Assembly: GCA_021432655.1 (NCBI GenBank)
Contig: MU271384.1
Span: forward strand, 1-64,000
Direction: 5' to 3'
DNA: 64,000 nt
DNA from: Atractiella rhizophila
Lineage: Eukaryota
The notes below the pieces were generated by a model. That model had not been told where the DNA came from and did no database searches. It saw nothing but the letters and a program-made list of their open reading frames with translations. Shown here piece by piece: positions 29,201-42,670 of the stretch. Position numbers and translations under genes: made by a program. Positions within the stretch are counted from its first letter, which is position 1. Each line of letters starts with the position of its first letter.

Positions 29201-30014
29201 CTCTCATTCAAGAGATCGATCAGGTCTTCATTATAAATCTCAATGTACGAATTTTTGAGTTCAAACCTCCTCGTCGGTCCTCCAAGCTGACGAATCCTTT
29301 CAAAAATACTGTTCACCGCCCTCGGGATAACACCCCAACGCTCCAAATCCTCTTCAGCTGCAGCCAGCTCACCTCCGCTGTAGTCCGTTCCCATGGTGTA
29401 ACTCTTCCCCGACCCGGTCTGCCCATAAGCCAATATCGTGACGTTGTAACCTTCCAAGAACTTGTCCACCAGCCCTTCCGCCACCTTGTACACCCCACTT
29501 TGTCCTTCTTGGGGTGATATCACTCGGTCAAAGTTGAACGTCTGCTTTGACTGCTTCCCGCCGGCAGAAGGCGCGGTGGGGTTCTCGATGGATAGAGAAG
29601 TGGCGGAGGTGCAGGAAACAACGGAACGTTGGAAGCGCTGTGGGATGGCGATAGAGTCTTGGGCAGTGACAGGCCGAATCCTCAGTGCTACACAACGCAA
29701 ACGAAGAAGAAATGTCGAAACCACAGAAACACATCACCAAACTCCATCAACATCCTCCTTTCAGGTGACATGTGGGACTACGCACCGACTTGCACGCTCG
29801 TGCTTCCCCCACTCCCCGGCGCAGTGCCACCACTGGTACTGCTTCCTAAGCCACCCTCTACTCTGAGCCCGCTTCCGCTCCCTCCACTAGTACTGCTGCC
29901 CATCGGCGTACTCAAGCTGTCCCTCTTCCCTCCGAACCCTTGCACCGGTGTGCTTCTACCGCCAGTAGGGGTAGCCCTTCCCGACGCGGAGGAAGGAGGC
30001 CGGATGCCTGACAT
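23271..30014 (-). CDS. Kinesin-4 (KIF21/KIF4-like) motor with very long coiled-coil stalk
   Basis: P-loop [60 protein letters not shown]-terminus RRKSK|FNCF. Confidence 0.93.
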
Positions 30015-31685
30015 TGGAGAGACGTTGTTGGTTGTTTCTTAGAGGCGTGTTTCTGCGTGTGACAGAAGCGAAGAGGACGATAGGCGATACGGTTAGATAC
30101 CCGTTCGGTGCTAAGGAAGGTGAAGCTTACCGACCTTGTTATTCTCGTGTGTTGCTTGTATCTTGTTTCGCTCTATCCTACGTATAAAGCGTGTATAATG
30201 TGTATCCGCTAGAGCTGAACGACTGTCTCGAGGGCGAAAGAAGGCGACGAACAAGGGTGAAGTCAGGAAAGGAGTTGGTATCTTGAAAAGTAGAAAATTT
30301 TGAGATTTTAGGGATGTGATTAGAAAGAAGTATTGGTGGAGATACACCTAAGATGAGTAGTAAGCGCCTCAACCTCGAAAGAGAAGGGTCCGGTCGTCGT
30401 TGGGGTGGTCGGCGTCTCAGACTAAGTTGATTTTTACATCACGTGGATGTCACTAAGATTCCAGCTTCTCTTCTTTATTTCCAGTCCACTGTAAGTTGCA
30501 ATGAAGCTCTGGGAGTACCTGGGCAAGGTGAAATACAAGACCAATGCTGAGGCCGATAATGCAATCTGCAACTGCAATGATAGCCTGAACTTCTCCGTTG
30601 AGTGGCTGATACGGTTACGGCAGCGTCTGGAAGTCGAGGGAGAAAAGTTTATGCCACTTTCGCAGTCGAGATCCTTCAAAAACAGCCATCTTTGCAATTC
30701 TCTCCTTAGCCTCAAAGTCTGCCACCACATAAGTTCTGTAGAGTGATAATTAGTTGAGAAGGAAAAATGAGCATCGCGAGAGAGTTTGTGACCAAAGGAA
30801 AGAAGGTATGTTCGAATTATCATCTTCCTTGCCTTCTTTTTTCCTCGATCTCGATGTTTGTCCCCGAGATGGTTGATTTTCACTCTCCTTTCGGTGTTGC
30901 TTAAAAGAACGAAAAGTCCCTTCAATCTCTTCTCTTCTCTTCACAGTACCGCTGGTTCGATATTCGATCATGGCTTGATCGTGAGCGTTATCCGTTCAAC
31001 TTTCAAGTTTGAGTCTTTTCCTACATGTCACTTTGGTAGAAAGTGCAATTTTCAAGTTAAATCAAAGTTCAGAATGTGCTGGCGATAGTTCCTTCGACTC
31101 AAGCCCGAAGTATTTGCTGTTAATTTGCGATTCATGATCGCCCATTGCAAATACTGCAGTTTCTTCGTCCCTTGTCCCCGTTAAGATTTCAATGAAGGAC
31201 GCTATGAGGGATCTATCCTTTAAATCTTTCGTTAGTGACGATGCAGACTAATTGACAGTCAGCAGTCAGAGCGGGAGAAGATTTGGCTGCTCTTGTGCAT
31301 CTGTCCTTTCTAACATGATATTGAGCCATTGGTGTCTTTCCCTTTCAATAATAGATAAATTTATCTCGATACAAGGGTGTTCAGTTTACGAAAATTAGGC
31401 GAGAACGATCTCGGTGAAGGATCTCACTGCTTGCAGCTGGACGTTCCTTATCAAGCGGCCAACCATAATTGATAAACCAAGTCCAATTATGTCAAGGGAA
31501 ATTATTGACAGACTAGTTAACCCTCCTCAGCTGCCTTCAGCTTTCGCTGTTGCAACCCTTGGTAACTTTTATAGCTCCGTCCTTCATGTCTCCTTTCTCG
31601 GCTCATCTCTACTCTTTTCCACTTCCACAAAGCTGTTCCTTATCCGCGGGACGACTGGAGATGCTAATAAACGATTTTGACACAG

Positions 31686-32448
31686 ATAATTGCGATCGGC
31701 CGGTTCGTTCCCCACCTTCTCTGCTCACTCCCACTATCGCTAACTAACAATCCCAATGAAAAGAAACTACGCGGAACACATCAAAGAGCTGAACAACACC
31801 ACTCCACCAGAACCTTTCTTCTTTCTCAAGCCAACAACTTCCTACCTTCCAGCCGGTTCCAACGTAATCGAATGCCCTCGAGGCGTCGATGTGCACCATG
31901 AAGTAGAGCTTGGTGTGATCATCTCCAAAACGGGGCGCGACATTCCTTCCTCGCAAGCGTGGGAATACGTCGCTGGTTATTGTCTTTCGGTCGATGTGAC
32001 GGCACGAAATATTCAACAGTACGTGAAAGGAAAGGGACTACCGTGGAGCACCAGCAAGGGATACGACACTTTCTGCCCTGTTTCGAGGTTTATCCCAAAA
32101 GAAGAAGTAAAGGATGTGGACCAGCTCAGGCTTTGGTTGAAGGTTAATGAGGAAATGAGGCAGAATGAGAAGGCTGAGTTGATGTTGTGGAAAATCCCGG
32201 CGCTGATTGAACATTGTTCTGGGATCATGACCCTGGAAGAAGGAGATCTGATCCTGACTGGTTCGTTTCTCCACGTCCTTTTCACATCGTTTCTATCTCA
32301 GTGTCAATCAGGTACGCCGGCTGGTGTTGGGCCTATCAAACCGGGAGACAAGGTAACTTGCGGACTCGTACAGGATGAAAAAGAGTTAGCGAGCTTGAAT
32401 CTGGTCGCGAAAGCGAGGGAGGGAGGATATGTCTTCACACAGAAGTAG
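31686..32448 (+). CDS. FMP41: Fumarylacetoacetate hydrolase family protein (FAHD1/Fmp41-like); 5' exon and start not resolved
   Basis: IIAIGR|NYAEHIKELNN, FFLKP, HHEVELG, DVTAR, KGYDTFCP, GDLILTG|TPAGVG. Confidence 0.88.
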
Positions 32449-32485
32449 AGAAAGGATCCAGGAATGTGTAGATGAAAGCGCTGTT

Positions 32486-33514
32486 TTAATTCAATGGGTC
32501 TATACTGTTGACATTTCCCTCGGCGTTACAGCTTGCCACTCCAGTTTCCTCCTACATCAAAAAATGCAACTGAATCCCCTCTTGGAAGGTCAGTCAAGTG
32601 CTGGACTACAAGTCTCGCGCTCTCCTCCGGTTCGATATCACCAGAGTCCTCTCCAGCCATGCCCCCTTTGACTTTACCAGGCTAATACCCCAAACATAAG
32701 TCAAATCTTGAATGACATTATGAGAAACAGACTTACATCATACAAGCCGAAAGTGAATCCCTCGTTCCTCAATTCTATGGCCAGCTTCCTCGTCACCATA
32801 TTGAGTCCTAGCATGCGTCGATGTTAAAGGAGCATATTGTGACGGGCATTTGGACGCAGGGATGGAGAGCACGCTTACCAGTTTTCGAAACAGAATACGC
32901 CGCCATAGATCCTACGCCTTCAGGGTCGACCTTGTCAACAATGTCTTGAAGTCCACCTATGGAGGAAATCATTGCTATTCTCCTTGTTTGGCCGTGACGG
33001 AGGAGGGGGAGGAACGCTTGTGTGACAATGATTGGGCCGAGGGTATTGATTTTGAACTGTCGAACGATTTAACTGTCTCTCAAACGAGAAACCAGCGACA
33101 TACAACTTCTAGAAAGTTATCTGGAGAATGGTGGGTGAAGGGAACAGAAAAATGTTCCTTCAACGTCCAGTCCGGGTATATACAGGAAATCGCAGCACTA
33201 TGCCCTCTCAGAATTAACTCACAGCATGAGATATACAGCGAAATTCAGAAAACAGACTTATTGATTAGCACATCCACATGTCCACTCTCATCAGCCACCT
33301 GCTGAGCCGCTTTCTCCACATCCTCCTTTACTGAGCAATCGGCCACAAGAATTGTTACAATTTTTCTCTCGTTGGCAATATTTTTGAGCTCGGATGCCTT
33401 GGTTGAATTGCGAATGATTCCATAGACTATGTTGGATGGTTTTGAAGAGAGGAAACGAACGAATCCCAACCCCAATCCTTTTCCAGCACCAGTTATGACA
33501 TAGACAGTCGACAT
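32486..33514 (-). CDS. Classical short-chain dehydrogenase/reductase (C-factor/sniffer-like)
   Basis: Rossmann motif ITGAGKGLG, VDVLINN, catalytic YxxxK (AYSVSK). Confidence 0.88.
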
Positions 33515-35093
33515 AGTTAATAGCTTCTTTCGAGTTACTTAGACCCCATCTTCCAAACACACTGGGCTTTTAAAGACTTGGAACGGCTGACAATTCTCCT
33601 CGTTCCTCAAAGTTTCTCTGCAACCTGTTCATCGCTGGACATCTTTCAAAAAGGGCCCGTCGCGGCGAAGGCTTAATGTTCAGGATCATGCTGGTTCCAT
33701 AGACCTCCTTCAGAGTACACACAGCGGTAGAATGGGTCTAAAACACCAACTAACTCGAATATTCACATCCCAACAGCGGATTCTTACAGGCAAGCGCAGC
33801 CAATGCTGACTCCCGGTCGTTAACAGTCAGCAGCACAAGATCGATTTAGGGGCCGAGTAGAAAAGGATGAAATGTGCAGCTTTAATGCCGACTTTGGTTC
33901 CATGGCTTAGCTAATCATTTCATGGTCGTGTCGTAGTTTAGGACAGGCAGTATTCAATGCAGAGCTACCCTCGCAAAATTGTGACACACCCCATGAAACG
34001 GGTGAGGTAGGGAAAGGTGCAATTCTTTCAGTTTGACAAGAATTAATGCCGACACGAAAAGTCAGCATCCATTTGTTGAATAATGGCAGAAAGAGGGACA
34101 TTATACCGCCGATAGAAGATGATGGTTGCTGCCCCCTCCATCCACAAAGGACCATCGAGCGTCAAACGTGTTGTCTTTAAGTCTATCACAACCACACGAT
34201 CGCAAATGGCGCTACATTCTCCCTGAGCTGGAAATCGAGACACTAGCCATCACACGTCACAGCGTGCCTATGCCCATTCTACTAGTCCTGGGGAGAGCTG
34301 AAATGATTTGGTGGGCTCAGATGAAGAGCAGAGTGAGATATCCCCATTTCGTAACCACATCATCCTGTCTTCATCGTGGAGAGCGAGGCACGCAGGATTT
34401 CATTCCCAAATTACCTTAAAGCTTCCAGTTAAGATAAGGAATGTGGACAATGGCAGCCTGCAAATATTTCCGCAGACTTTGAGCTGAGCAATCGAATCGC
34501 CCCTGACAGTCAGGACTTTCCAAACCAATTTACGAATGAGAAAAACTTCTTGAGACAGGCAGCAACAAAACGACGCTTTACAATTTAGGTTCCGAGTGAG
34601 AAAAAGACTGAGAAACAGAAGCAAGGATTTTAATGTCCTCTATTCAGTGATCCGAGATTTTACTGTCCTGGCACCTCCACGAAGATGGACTGAAATCGAC
34701 TCTGGTCAGAGAAGTTGTTATCATCGAGTGTTAGGCTGAATGTTATATTGCAGACATTACATGGATATAGGTTGTGCAACATCTACGTGTACATCTTCCA
34801 TTCTATGGCTACTGAGTGTAGACGTATAGCAAGTTAACGAAATGAGAAATGGACCAAACGAGATAAATTGTCAATTTTTGAAGCAGAAAGCATTGTCTCG
34901 CGGTTCCAAATGGACTCAGTGTTCAGTTCCTCCAACAGTGACGATCAGCGTGACAGCGTGACAATCCTCAGAGGTAGGTGTAAACCGGAGAGCCCTGGCT
35001 TTTAGCAGCAAATATTCGAGCAGAACGGATATAGATCAGATCTACCGCGGAGAAATGCTGAGATTTGACGCTTGTACAAATCGTATGTTAGAA

Positions 35094-36271
35094 TCAAGCC
35101 ATTGTGCTTTGACTCTCGATCTTCTCCGCGTCAATAGTCTTCAGTTTCCTCTGTGGGAACGTCCAGAAGGGATGGGCGAGGGCGAGAGTGATGAGTAGGA
35201 TGACCATCGGGAAAGCGTCAAAGAGGATGTAGTACTCGTGCTCAATCAAGTAGCTGTCCCAGCAGTCACATCAGCGTGTTTCTCTGGAGAGTTGAAAAGA
35301 AATGCTAACCCGTTCCAGCCTTGAGCCAGCTCAACGGTTCGGTAAATACCCCGAATGATGACCATTGCCGTCCCGATGGCGATGGCAAGTTCAAGATAGT
35401 ACAGCCTGGAATAACGGTCGGGAAGCGCGCCTGCCCTCTTTGCGTTTCGACGGAAGGACAGAGCGAGAACGCCAAAGATAATCGTTGCGACGAGCTGGAA
35501 GACGATACCCGCCTCCATGATATTCGTGCCTGTCGGGTCACTCAGCCAATGATATGAAGGCGGTAGAAGGAGAGCATACCGATATCGCTGTCCTTCTGGG
35601 TCTCAGCGGTGGCGGCGAGCCCACCTCCAGCTCCTTGAAGCACAAGGGAGATGAAGTCGCAGCTGATGAAAATTGCTCCATAGAGTTTGGGCTTCAAAAC
35701 GGAATGTTGAGTTCCGAGTTCGACGATGATGAACCCAAGAAGAAGATAGAGCGCGGCGGAGAAGAAAACGGGGGCGATGATTAGGGTTGTTGTCTACACC
35801 TGGCCTCAGAAAGGACAGAGAAGGTGAAAGAGCACATACCTGGGCAATAAATGGTCCATCATCGTACGGCGATGAGTTTGCGAGGACACGCGAGACCCAT
35901 CCAATGATCTCCAAAATGCCGCCAGCCGTGATAGTGAGCATGGTCCACCATCGATTCCAGTTCCTCTTGTACCCCACGGCGAATACGGTATGAATGAAGG
36001 TCAAGAGGATGCTAATTCATGAGCTGTCAGCATGTTGACTTTCTGTGAAAGGGTACGCGTACAAAAGAGCCAAAAAGGCGGCACCTAAACCAATCGATGG
36101 GACGTAGCCATATTGATTACATTCGTCCGCTCGTGCGTCATAGCCTAGTTCCAAAGACGGTAAGAGCCAATCTGCTGCAAAGTGATGTTTTCTCACCTGG
36201 TTGTTTCCAAGGCTTTGAATCAGCCAAAGCAGAGCAATACGCGTCGCGTTCAGCTTTCGTGAGCTGATCAT
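35094..36271 (-). CDS. RTA1/Rsb1-like 7-TM lipid-translocating exporter family protein (start uncertain)
   Basis: YGYVPS, GILEIIGWVSR, IIAPVFFSAALY, FISCDFISLVLQGAGGGLA, IRGIYRTVELAQGWNG, FDAFPM. Confidence 0.88.
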
Positions 36272-37150
36272 ATTGATCTGGAGTCAACACGCTGGTATTC
36301 GAAGACATTTCTAAGCGACAATCTTCTATAATGTATGCAAGTTATAGACTCTATATTAAAGGGAAGTGGAAAGAAAATGTTTGAATTGCTGGATTAATGG
36401 TTTGAGGGACGTCTGCACCAGTTTTTTATACTCGTCGCGACTTCGCGCCGCTCTGGGCTGAGAAGTTCGGACGTAAGTCCCATCCCGAAAAGGAGCGAGC
36501 GCGCGAGATTACACAATCCGTCACAGTGGGAGCAAACAGAGAAGATGCGAGCATCCGATATCCGGGAGTGGAGTCATCATCACAGTGAGAGTATGGGCTG
36601 GGCAATCGCAGTAGGATGGCAGTGCCGTAGCAGTAGCACATCCCAGCTATAATTTTGTTTTGAGGAGTATCGCATGCGCAGCGCAATGTGTACAGGTACG
36701 ATACGGTACGAAAACAAGTTGCCTATAACCAATCATAAGAATGGTGTTGGTAATTTATAAAATCGGGATGAATGAGCAGGAACGACCAGGAGATATTACT
36801 AGTAGAGCAGGATTAGATGACAGAACATCACTTTGATTTCGATTTCTGTGGCCGATTGGCAACCAGCCGCCGAACCTAAATGGCCATTTTCTGCAATTGA
36901 TGTAAGGAAGCGATAATGTCAATATGTAGAAACTTGGCTATGAATTGCATTGGTGATGATATCCATAGAAGCATAAGCATAAGACATACTCTGTTCTCAT
37001 TTCTCCAAGACCTGACAAAATAAGACAAGAACGAGCTGAACTAGGATCTCGAATCTACTTCCTCCATTGAGCGCAAACATCATTTTCATAACCAAGCCGT
37101 TGTAAATCTCCCAGGCAAAGCAAAGCAAATCAAAGCGAACCATCCGAACC

Positions 37151-39021
37151 TCAAAACGCCTCTTCCTCCTCCCCTCTCCACTTACTTCCCCACCTCTCTC
37201 CCTCTCCCTCTCCCCCTCTCCGTTCCTCTCTATCTCTAAGCACCTTCCTCTCCTCCGTCCTCCTCCACTCCCCCCAACACCTCCTAACCACCTCCCCCTC
37301 CTCTCCCTTCGCCTCCTTCAACGCCACTTCCACCTTCTCCCTCTCCCTTACCTCCCACTCCGCTCCTGTTATCCCGGTCGAGAGCGAAAGGAGTGAAGTG
37401 GTTGAAGGGGAGCGAGAGGGGGAGATGGATGAGGAAGAGGTGGAGCGGCCGAAGAGCGACTTTGTCTTCTTCCTCTGCGGCGTCTTTCGTGGAGTCAACG
37501 GAGTCGTTAAACTCGACTTCGAGTTCGGAGACACGTCATCATGAGAGACCAAAAGACCAAATCCTTCAAGCGAAGAGATCACATCTTGATATTCGCCACG
37601 AGAGAGGGGGGAGAGAAGGTCCATCTCACCCCTCAACAAGACCTTGTAAACCGCATATGGTTCCTTTCCTTGATTCTGGCTGGAAGAAGAAAGGAGGATG
37701 GAGAGGAGGACGATTTTCCCTTGCAAGTTCAATCCATCCAACAGCCCTTTCTTCGCAACTCCAATGGATGGTGAGGAGGAGGAGGATGAAGACGCGGAGA
37801 GGGCGGTTTGGACGTCCGCAATCGTCACTTTCAACTCCACGCTCTCCACTCCATCTACTTTCTCTTGAGCAGCGATCCGTTTCTCAGCCACGTCTATCGC
37901 CTTCGCCGCCACCTCCCTAGCCCTCCTCAAGTCTCCAGACTCTTTGCCGACTCTCCTTCCCAAGAGCTTGAGAGCGTTTTCGTCGAATCCTTTCCCTTCT
38001 ACTTCGTCTCGGAGCAGGGTTGTGAGGATGGACGTGAGTGAGGTGGGAGGGTAGGGGGCGAATGGGAGGTGAAGGGTTTGAGGGAGGGTTAGGGGTAGGA
38101 GGGAGTTTGAGATTGAGATTAAGGATGTGCGTGAGTTGGAGGAGGAGAGAGCTGAGGTTAGAATTGGGGGGAGCGAGTCCAGTTCGTCCAAAACCAATAG
38201 ACTGTATCACGTACAGTATAACTTAGCTATCCAAATGTAAATAAAGAGAGAGAGAAAAGCGTACGTGGGATGTGTCAGAAAGTACGGTCCAAGTTGAGAA
38301 GCGCTCTTCAACCCCACCTTATCCAACACAGCAGCGACAATCTTTCCCTCCGTTCCCCCAGCCTGCAAACAATTGACCCAAACCAGATCCACCCTCTGCT
38401 TTTCCGACAGCGACAGACTCGCCGGAGCAGAGAAAAGATCGTCGACGACCTCCTTCACCAAAGCCGTCTTGCCCACTCCCGGCGTCCCGCTCAGATGCAA
38501 ATTCCTCATCTCCTTCCGTGCCCGCGCCTTCTTCGGCGTAGCGGGGGGAGTGGACGGCTCGCCTTCTGCATTGACACTTTTGACGACATCTAATGAGGTG
38601 ATAGTCGAGAGTGAAGGGAAGCGGGAGAGGAGAAATTGGGTGATGGTGTCCCGTTCCGAGTCGCGTGAAGGGAGTACAGAGGGAACGGCGTGGAGTGCTT
38701 TTCGGAGGGAGGCGAATGGGCCAACTGTTTGTCCCGGTATCAGCAGCCATACCTCGATAACCACCACCACCAAGTGAAAAAACAGAAATAGAAGAGGAAC
38801 GCACGCGTCTTTTGACTCTTTTCCTTCCCCTCCGAAGATATCACACCCGCTGTTGCTGGTCTCGAGGTCGGAGTTGTGGAAGGAGCGGGAGAAGGGAGTT
38901 GGAAGTTCCCCACCCTCTGTTTCTTCGGTCTCTGAGGAGTGATATGGATCTCTTCTTCTCTTTCTCCTTCTGCGCGTCGTGAACGCTTCTTGGATGGGGT
39001 TTGGGGGATGGGACGCGACAT
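37151..39021 (-). CDS. CDC6: Cdc6/Cdc18 replication-licensing AAA+ ATPase (divergent)
   Basis: N-terminal CDK sites (TPSK, TPQR), LPSRDSE, Walker A LSGTPGVGKT, VNC, Walker B VLDELD, sensor-2 GDLRRA, C-terminal winged-helix-like LSRGEYQDVISSLEGFGL. Confidence 0.8.
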
Positions 39022-39077
39022 GTCGATTTCGTTTGGACTTTCGTACAGTCGTGGCGTACAGTGAGTGCAGGGATGAG

Positions 39078-39083
39078 ACGCGT
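39078..39083. promoter_or_regulatory. MCB (MluI cell-cycle box) ACGCGT in the CDC6/MDV1 divergent promoter
   Basis: ACGCGT lies ~57 nt upstream of the CDC6 ATG. CDC6/cdc18 are established MBF targets in yeasts. Confidence 0.5.
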
Positions 39084-39307
39084 ATCGTATGCAAGAAATA
39101 GATGTGAAGCAACAGAAGACGATGCTGAGATGAGATGAGCGGTTGTGATTGTGATGTGTGAAGTGAAGAGCACAAAGAGTAAACACGCGCATCAATGTAC
39201 ATCATCACCATTCTTCCTCCCGGCTATTGTTCGGCAACACATCACCTCACCTGCTAATCATCACCAGTACTCTAATCACTCAGCTGCTAGCTGGCTATTA
39301 GAGTACA

Positions 39308-42300
39308 ATGTCATCGCACCAGGCACTAACCACCGACCTTCTCCACCGCCGCCTCCTCTCCTCCCCCTCCTTCCCCTCCTCCCTCCTCTCCCACTCCCAC
39401 CCCCTCCATCCCATCCTCGAAAAGTTCTTTCCCCTCGGACACTCCCTCTCCCACCTCCCCTACCTCCCCTCTCTCCTCCTCTCCGGCGCGTCTTCCTCCT
39501 CCTCTTCCATCTACAGAGGTGGAGGTGGTTGGGGCTATAAAGAGACGCTGAGGGAACGAGGGATAAAAGAAGAAGTAGACGACCTCCTATCCCTCCCCAT
39601 CCCTTCTCCACCTCTCCAATCCTCCTTCCTCCTCCCCGAAGAACGAGGGAAAGGGGGAGAGGAAGAAACGTCCGTGCCGCTCATCGCCGCCTTCGAAGTC
39701 CTACGACCCGCGCATTCCCCAACGAAGAGGAAATTGGACAGACGGAAGAGAAGAGAGAAGGTGTTGGGACTCGCGGGTTCGGATGGACCGATTGGGTTGA
39801 AAGAGATGGCGGATCGGGAGAGGGGTCTCCTCTCTCTCCCTCCTCCGTCTGCTTCTGGATCCATTTCTGCGGCGAAAGGGAAGGGCAAGGGGAAGGGAAG
39901 AAGGAGTATGCTTTCTTCTACTATCGGTGTTGGTGGTGCCGCTGTTGGGAGGAGAGGGTTTGGTGGAGGGGTGGAGGAGAAGAGCGAGGATGAGGGGTTT
40001 CAGGTCGTGGATCCGATTAGGGAGAAGGAGGAGTGGATCAGGGAGGAAGGTGAAGTTAGAGCCGAGTTGGAGGGTGTTAAAGTGAGGAGGGTGCGTCTTT
40101 CTCCTTGCTATATCTCTATGCGAATATGTCGATGAGACGTGGGAGAGAGTTGGCGTGTTTATTTTTGCTCTTTTGTGCTGCGAGACGACGCGAAGGAAGG
40201 GCGTAACGAAAAGGATGTTGTACAAACATTCTCATCTCGTTCACTCTTTGATATTCTTCTCTTATTAAGGATAGCTCGCTCTTTCTTGAAAAAGACGCGA
40301 GGAGGACAAGTTACGTTTGGTGACAGAGGGATTGGTGTCCGCAATTCATGACCCAATGAGCGATGCCCATTACACGTTCCCCGTCCCCTTTCTGATACTC
40401 TTACTTCTTTCGCTTCTTTTACTGGTGGTGCCCCAATTGGATGAGTAAGGGCAGAAGAGAAGTTTCCTTCCAAAATTTCCCGCATGTTCTTCCACGAAGG
40501 AAGGAAGGATTGGTGTGGTTGAGCCATCTTCTTCGAAAGCTTAAGCCGTGTTTTCCGGCACTATTCTCCTTGTAATTACACGAGCGTTCGATTGCTTGCC
40601 GGCGCATACGCGTCAACGCCTTCCGTTATTCATTGCTTCGACAGTGTGGCGTCCTATTAGAATGGGTCGCGGCATGGGTAGAAGGAATGAATCAAGAGTA
40701 GCTGTCACCTCACCAGCCATTTCTCGTTTCGAGACGGGGTTCGCGGAACCACAACTGACTGAACCTTCCCAACCACAGAGTCTACTAAACTCCGAAATCG
40801 CCACGATATCCCAAAAGATATCAAGTCTGACCGTCATCCGGGACGAGTTGTCGCATGGCCTCCTTGAACTTCGAGAAGAGGAATTGGAGTTGGAGGAGGA
40901 GTTGGAGAGCGTCAAGGAGAGACTTGCATCCGTAGCGAGCACCAGTGGGACCGTGAACGCGACGGGGAAGCATAGAGCGGTGTCGGGACAGCATAGTTTG
41001 AGACGGCGGAAGGGACCGGCTTTCTTACCCTCTGAACATGACGAGTTACCCTCTGGAGTCGCTTTCATGGTGATCAAATCTTTCTTTCGCGTTTTTGTCA
41101 CAAATTTGTTGAGAGGGAAAGTGTAGACTTTGAGTGGACATGGAGCACCGATAACGGCCATGGATTTCTCGGAACCTTATGGTACCCTCGTCTCTTCCAG
41201 CCTGGACGAGACCGTTCGAGTCTGGGATCTCACGAGTGGAGAGGAATGGGGCCGTCTACGCGGCCACAGGGGTTTGTCACTATCTCTCCGCAAAACATCG
41301 ACCTTTCGCTGATAAGAACTGCGTGGACAGGAGCGGTGAAGTGCATACAAGTCGAAGGAACGACATGTGTGACAGGTGGAGCGGACGGTGGGATTCGGAT
41401 ATGGGATCTCGAGAGGGTTCATGAGGAGGGAGAGGATGAGGAGTCGACTTCGACTGATCTTGATGCTGACGGATTCACCAATGTTCATCCCGATGAGGCC
41501 ACTTCTTCGACAACGACATCTAGAGAGGATGAAGCGTGCATTGAGACGTTAGAGGGACATTCGAAGCCTGTCACTTCTTTATATTTCGACGGGAGCTGTC
41601 TTGTGCGCATCCTTTTCCCTTGAAAGATGGAGGCGTTAACGAATGGGGGAACAGGTGACTGGCTCATCTGACAAAACTCTTCGGCAGTGGGATATGACGA
41701 CTGGCCAATGCGTCCTAACAATGGACATCCTCTGGGCACTCTCCTCCTCCCACACCTCCCGTGCCTCCCTCTCAAGCAGCACCATTCTTCCCCTCCCCGG
41801 AGAGGAAGAAGAAGTGGATTTCGTAGGTGGAGTCCAGTTCTGGGGGTACGCGTTGGCGTCCGGAAGCGCGGAGGGAACGGTGAGGATGTGGGACATGCGG
41901 ACGGGTCAATCCCATCGTTCCCTCGTTGGACACACCGGTCCCGTCACTGGACTTCAGTTCGACGAAAGTTGTTTGGTTTCGGGAAGCTTGGATCGGAGCG
42001 TCCGAGTATGTCGAATTTTCTTTTTCCGATGTGTCGTGCATTGAAGTTGATTGGACGTTAGATTTGGGACTTGAGGACGGGAGGGATACTGGAGACTATA
42101 AAATATGAGGGGCCGGTGACGGATGTGCAGTTTGACAGTCGGAAGATTGCTGTTGCAGCATCCGAAAATGGGGTGAAGGTACCTTTTTCCCCTACTTCCT
42201 GCTGCTCCTGCTGTGTTTTTCTGAAACGCGTTTGACGTTTGCTTATCCGGTGCATAGTTGTACAACCGCACGACGCTGCAACACTCCAGCCTAGTCATGA

Positions 42301-42395
42301 ATGGACACCTGAACGAAGCGACAAAACTCAGGTTCTTGGATCGATACCTCGTCAGTGGAAGCAAAGATTGTACGGTCAAAGTTTGGAGCGTATAA
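39308..42395 (+). CDS. MDV1: Mitochondrial fission adaptor Mdv1/Caf4 (coiled coil plus WD40 repeats)
   Basis: Coiled coil VRR|SLLNSEI...LREEELEL, then GH...WD repeats (GHGAPITAMDFSEPYGTLVSSSLD, KTLRQWDMTTGQCVLTMDILWA). First intron 40091-40778 (688 nt). Confidence 0.9.
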
Positions 42396-42670
42396 ACAAA
42401 GGGAGAGTGTGTAGACAATCCATCAACAATTCTGCTCGATACATATCAGTAATTTATCCATCCTTCACTATATCATCCCTCTATGCTTTGAAGCTGCAAA
42501 CTCCGCTTTGTGAGGAGACTGGGCGGATAAATTCAACTCACTGGTGATCGATTGGTAGAGATCACGTGGGGCGGACCTCGGACTTCGAAACCCCCTCAAA
42601 CGTCAATCCAGCATCTCGTCCAACCCCCTCAGTAGAATAGAAAGCCAACTAATGTACACTCGCGGATACC

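Noticed and set aside
31686..36271. FAHD1 + SDR + RTA1 as a secondary-metabolite cluster
   Set aside because: No backbone synthase or cluster transcription factor, and FAHD1 is a housekeeping enzyme.
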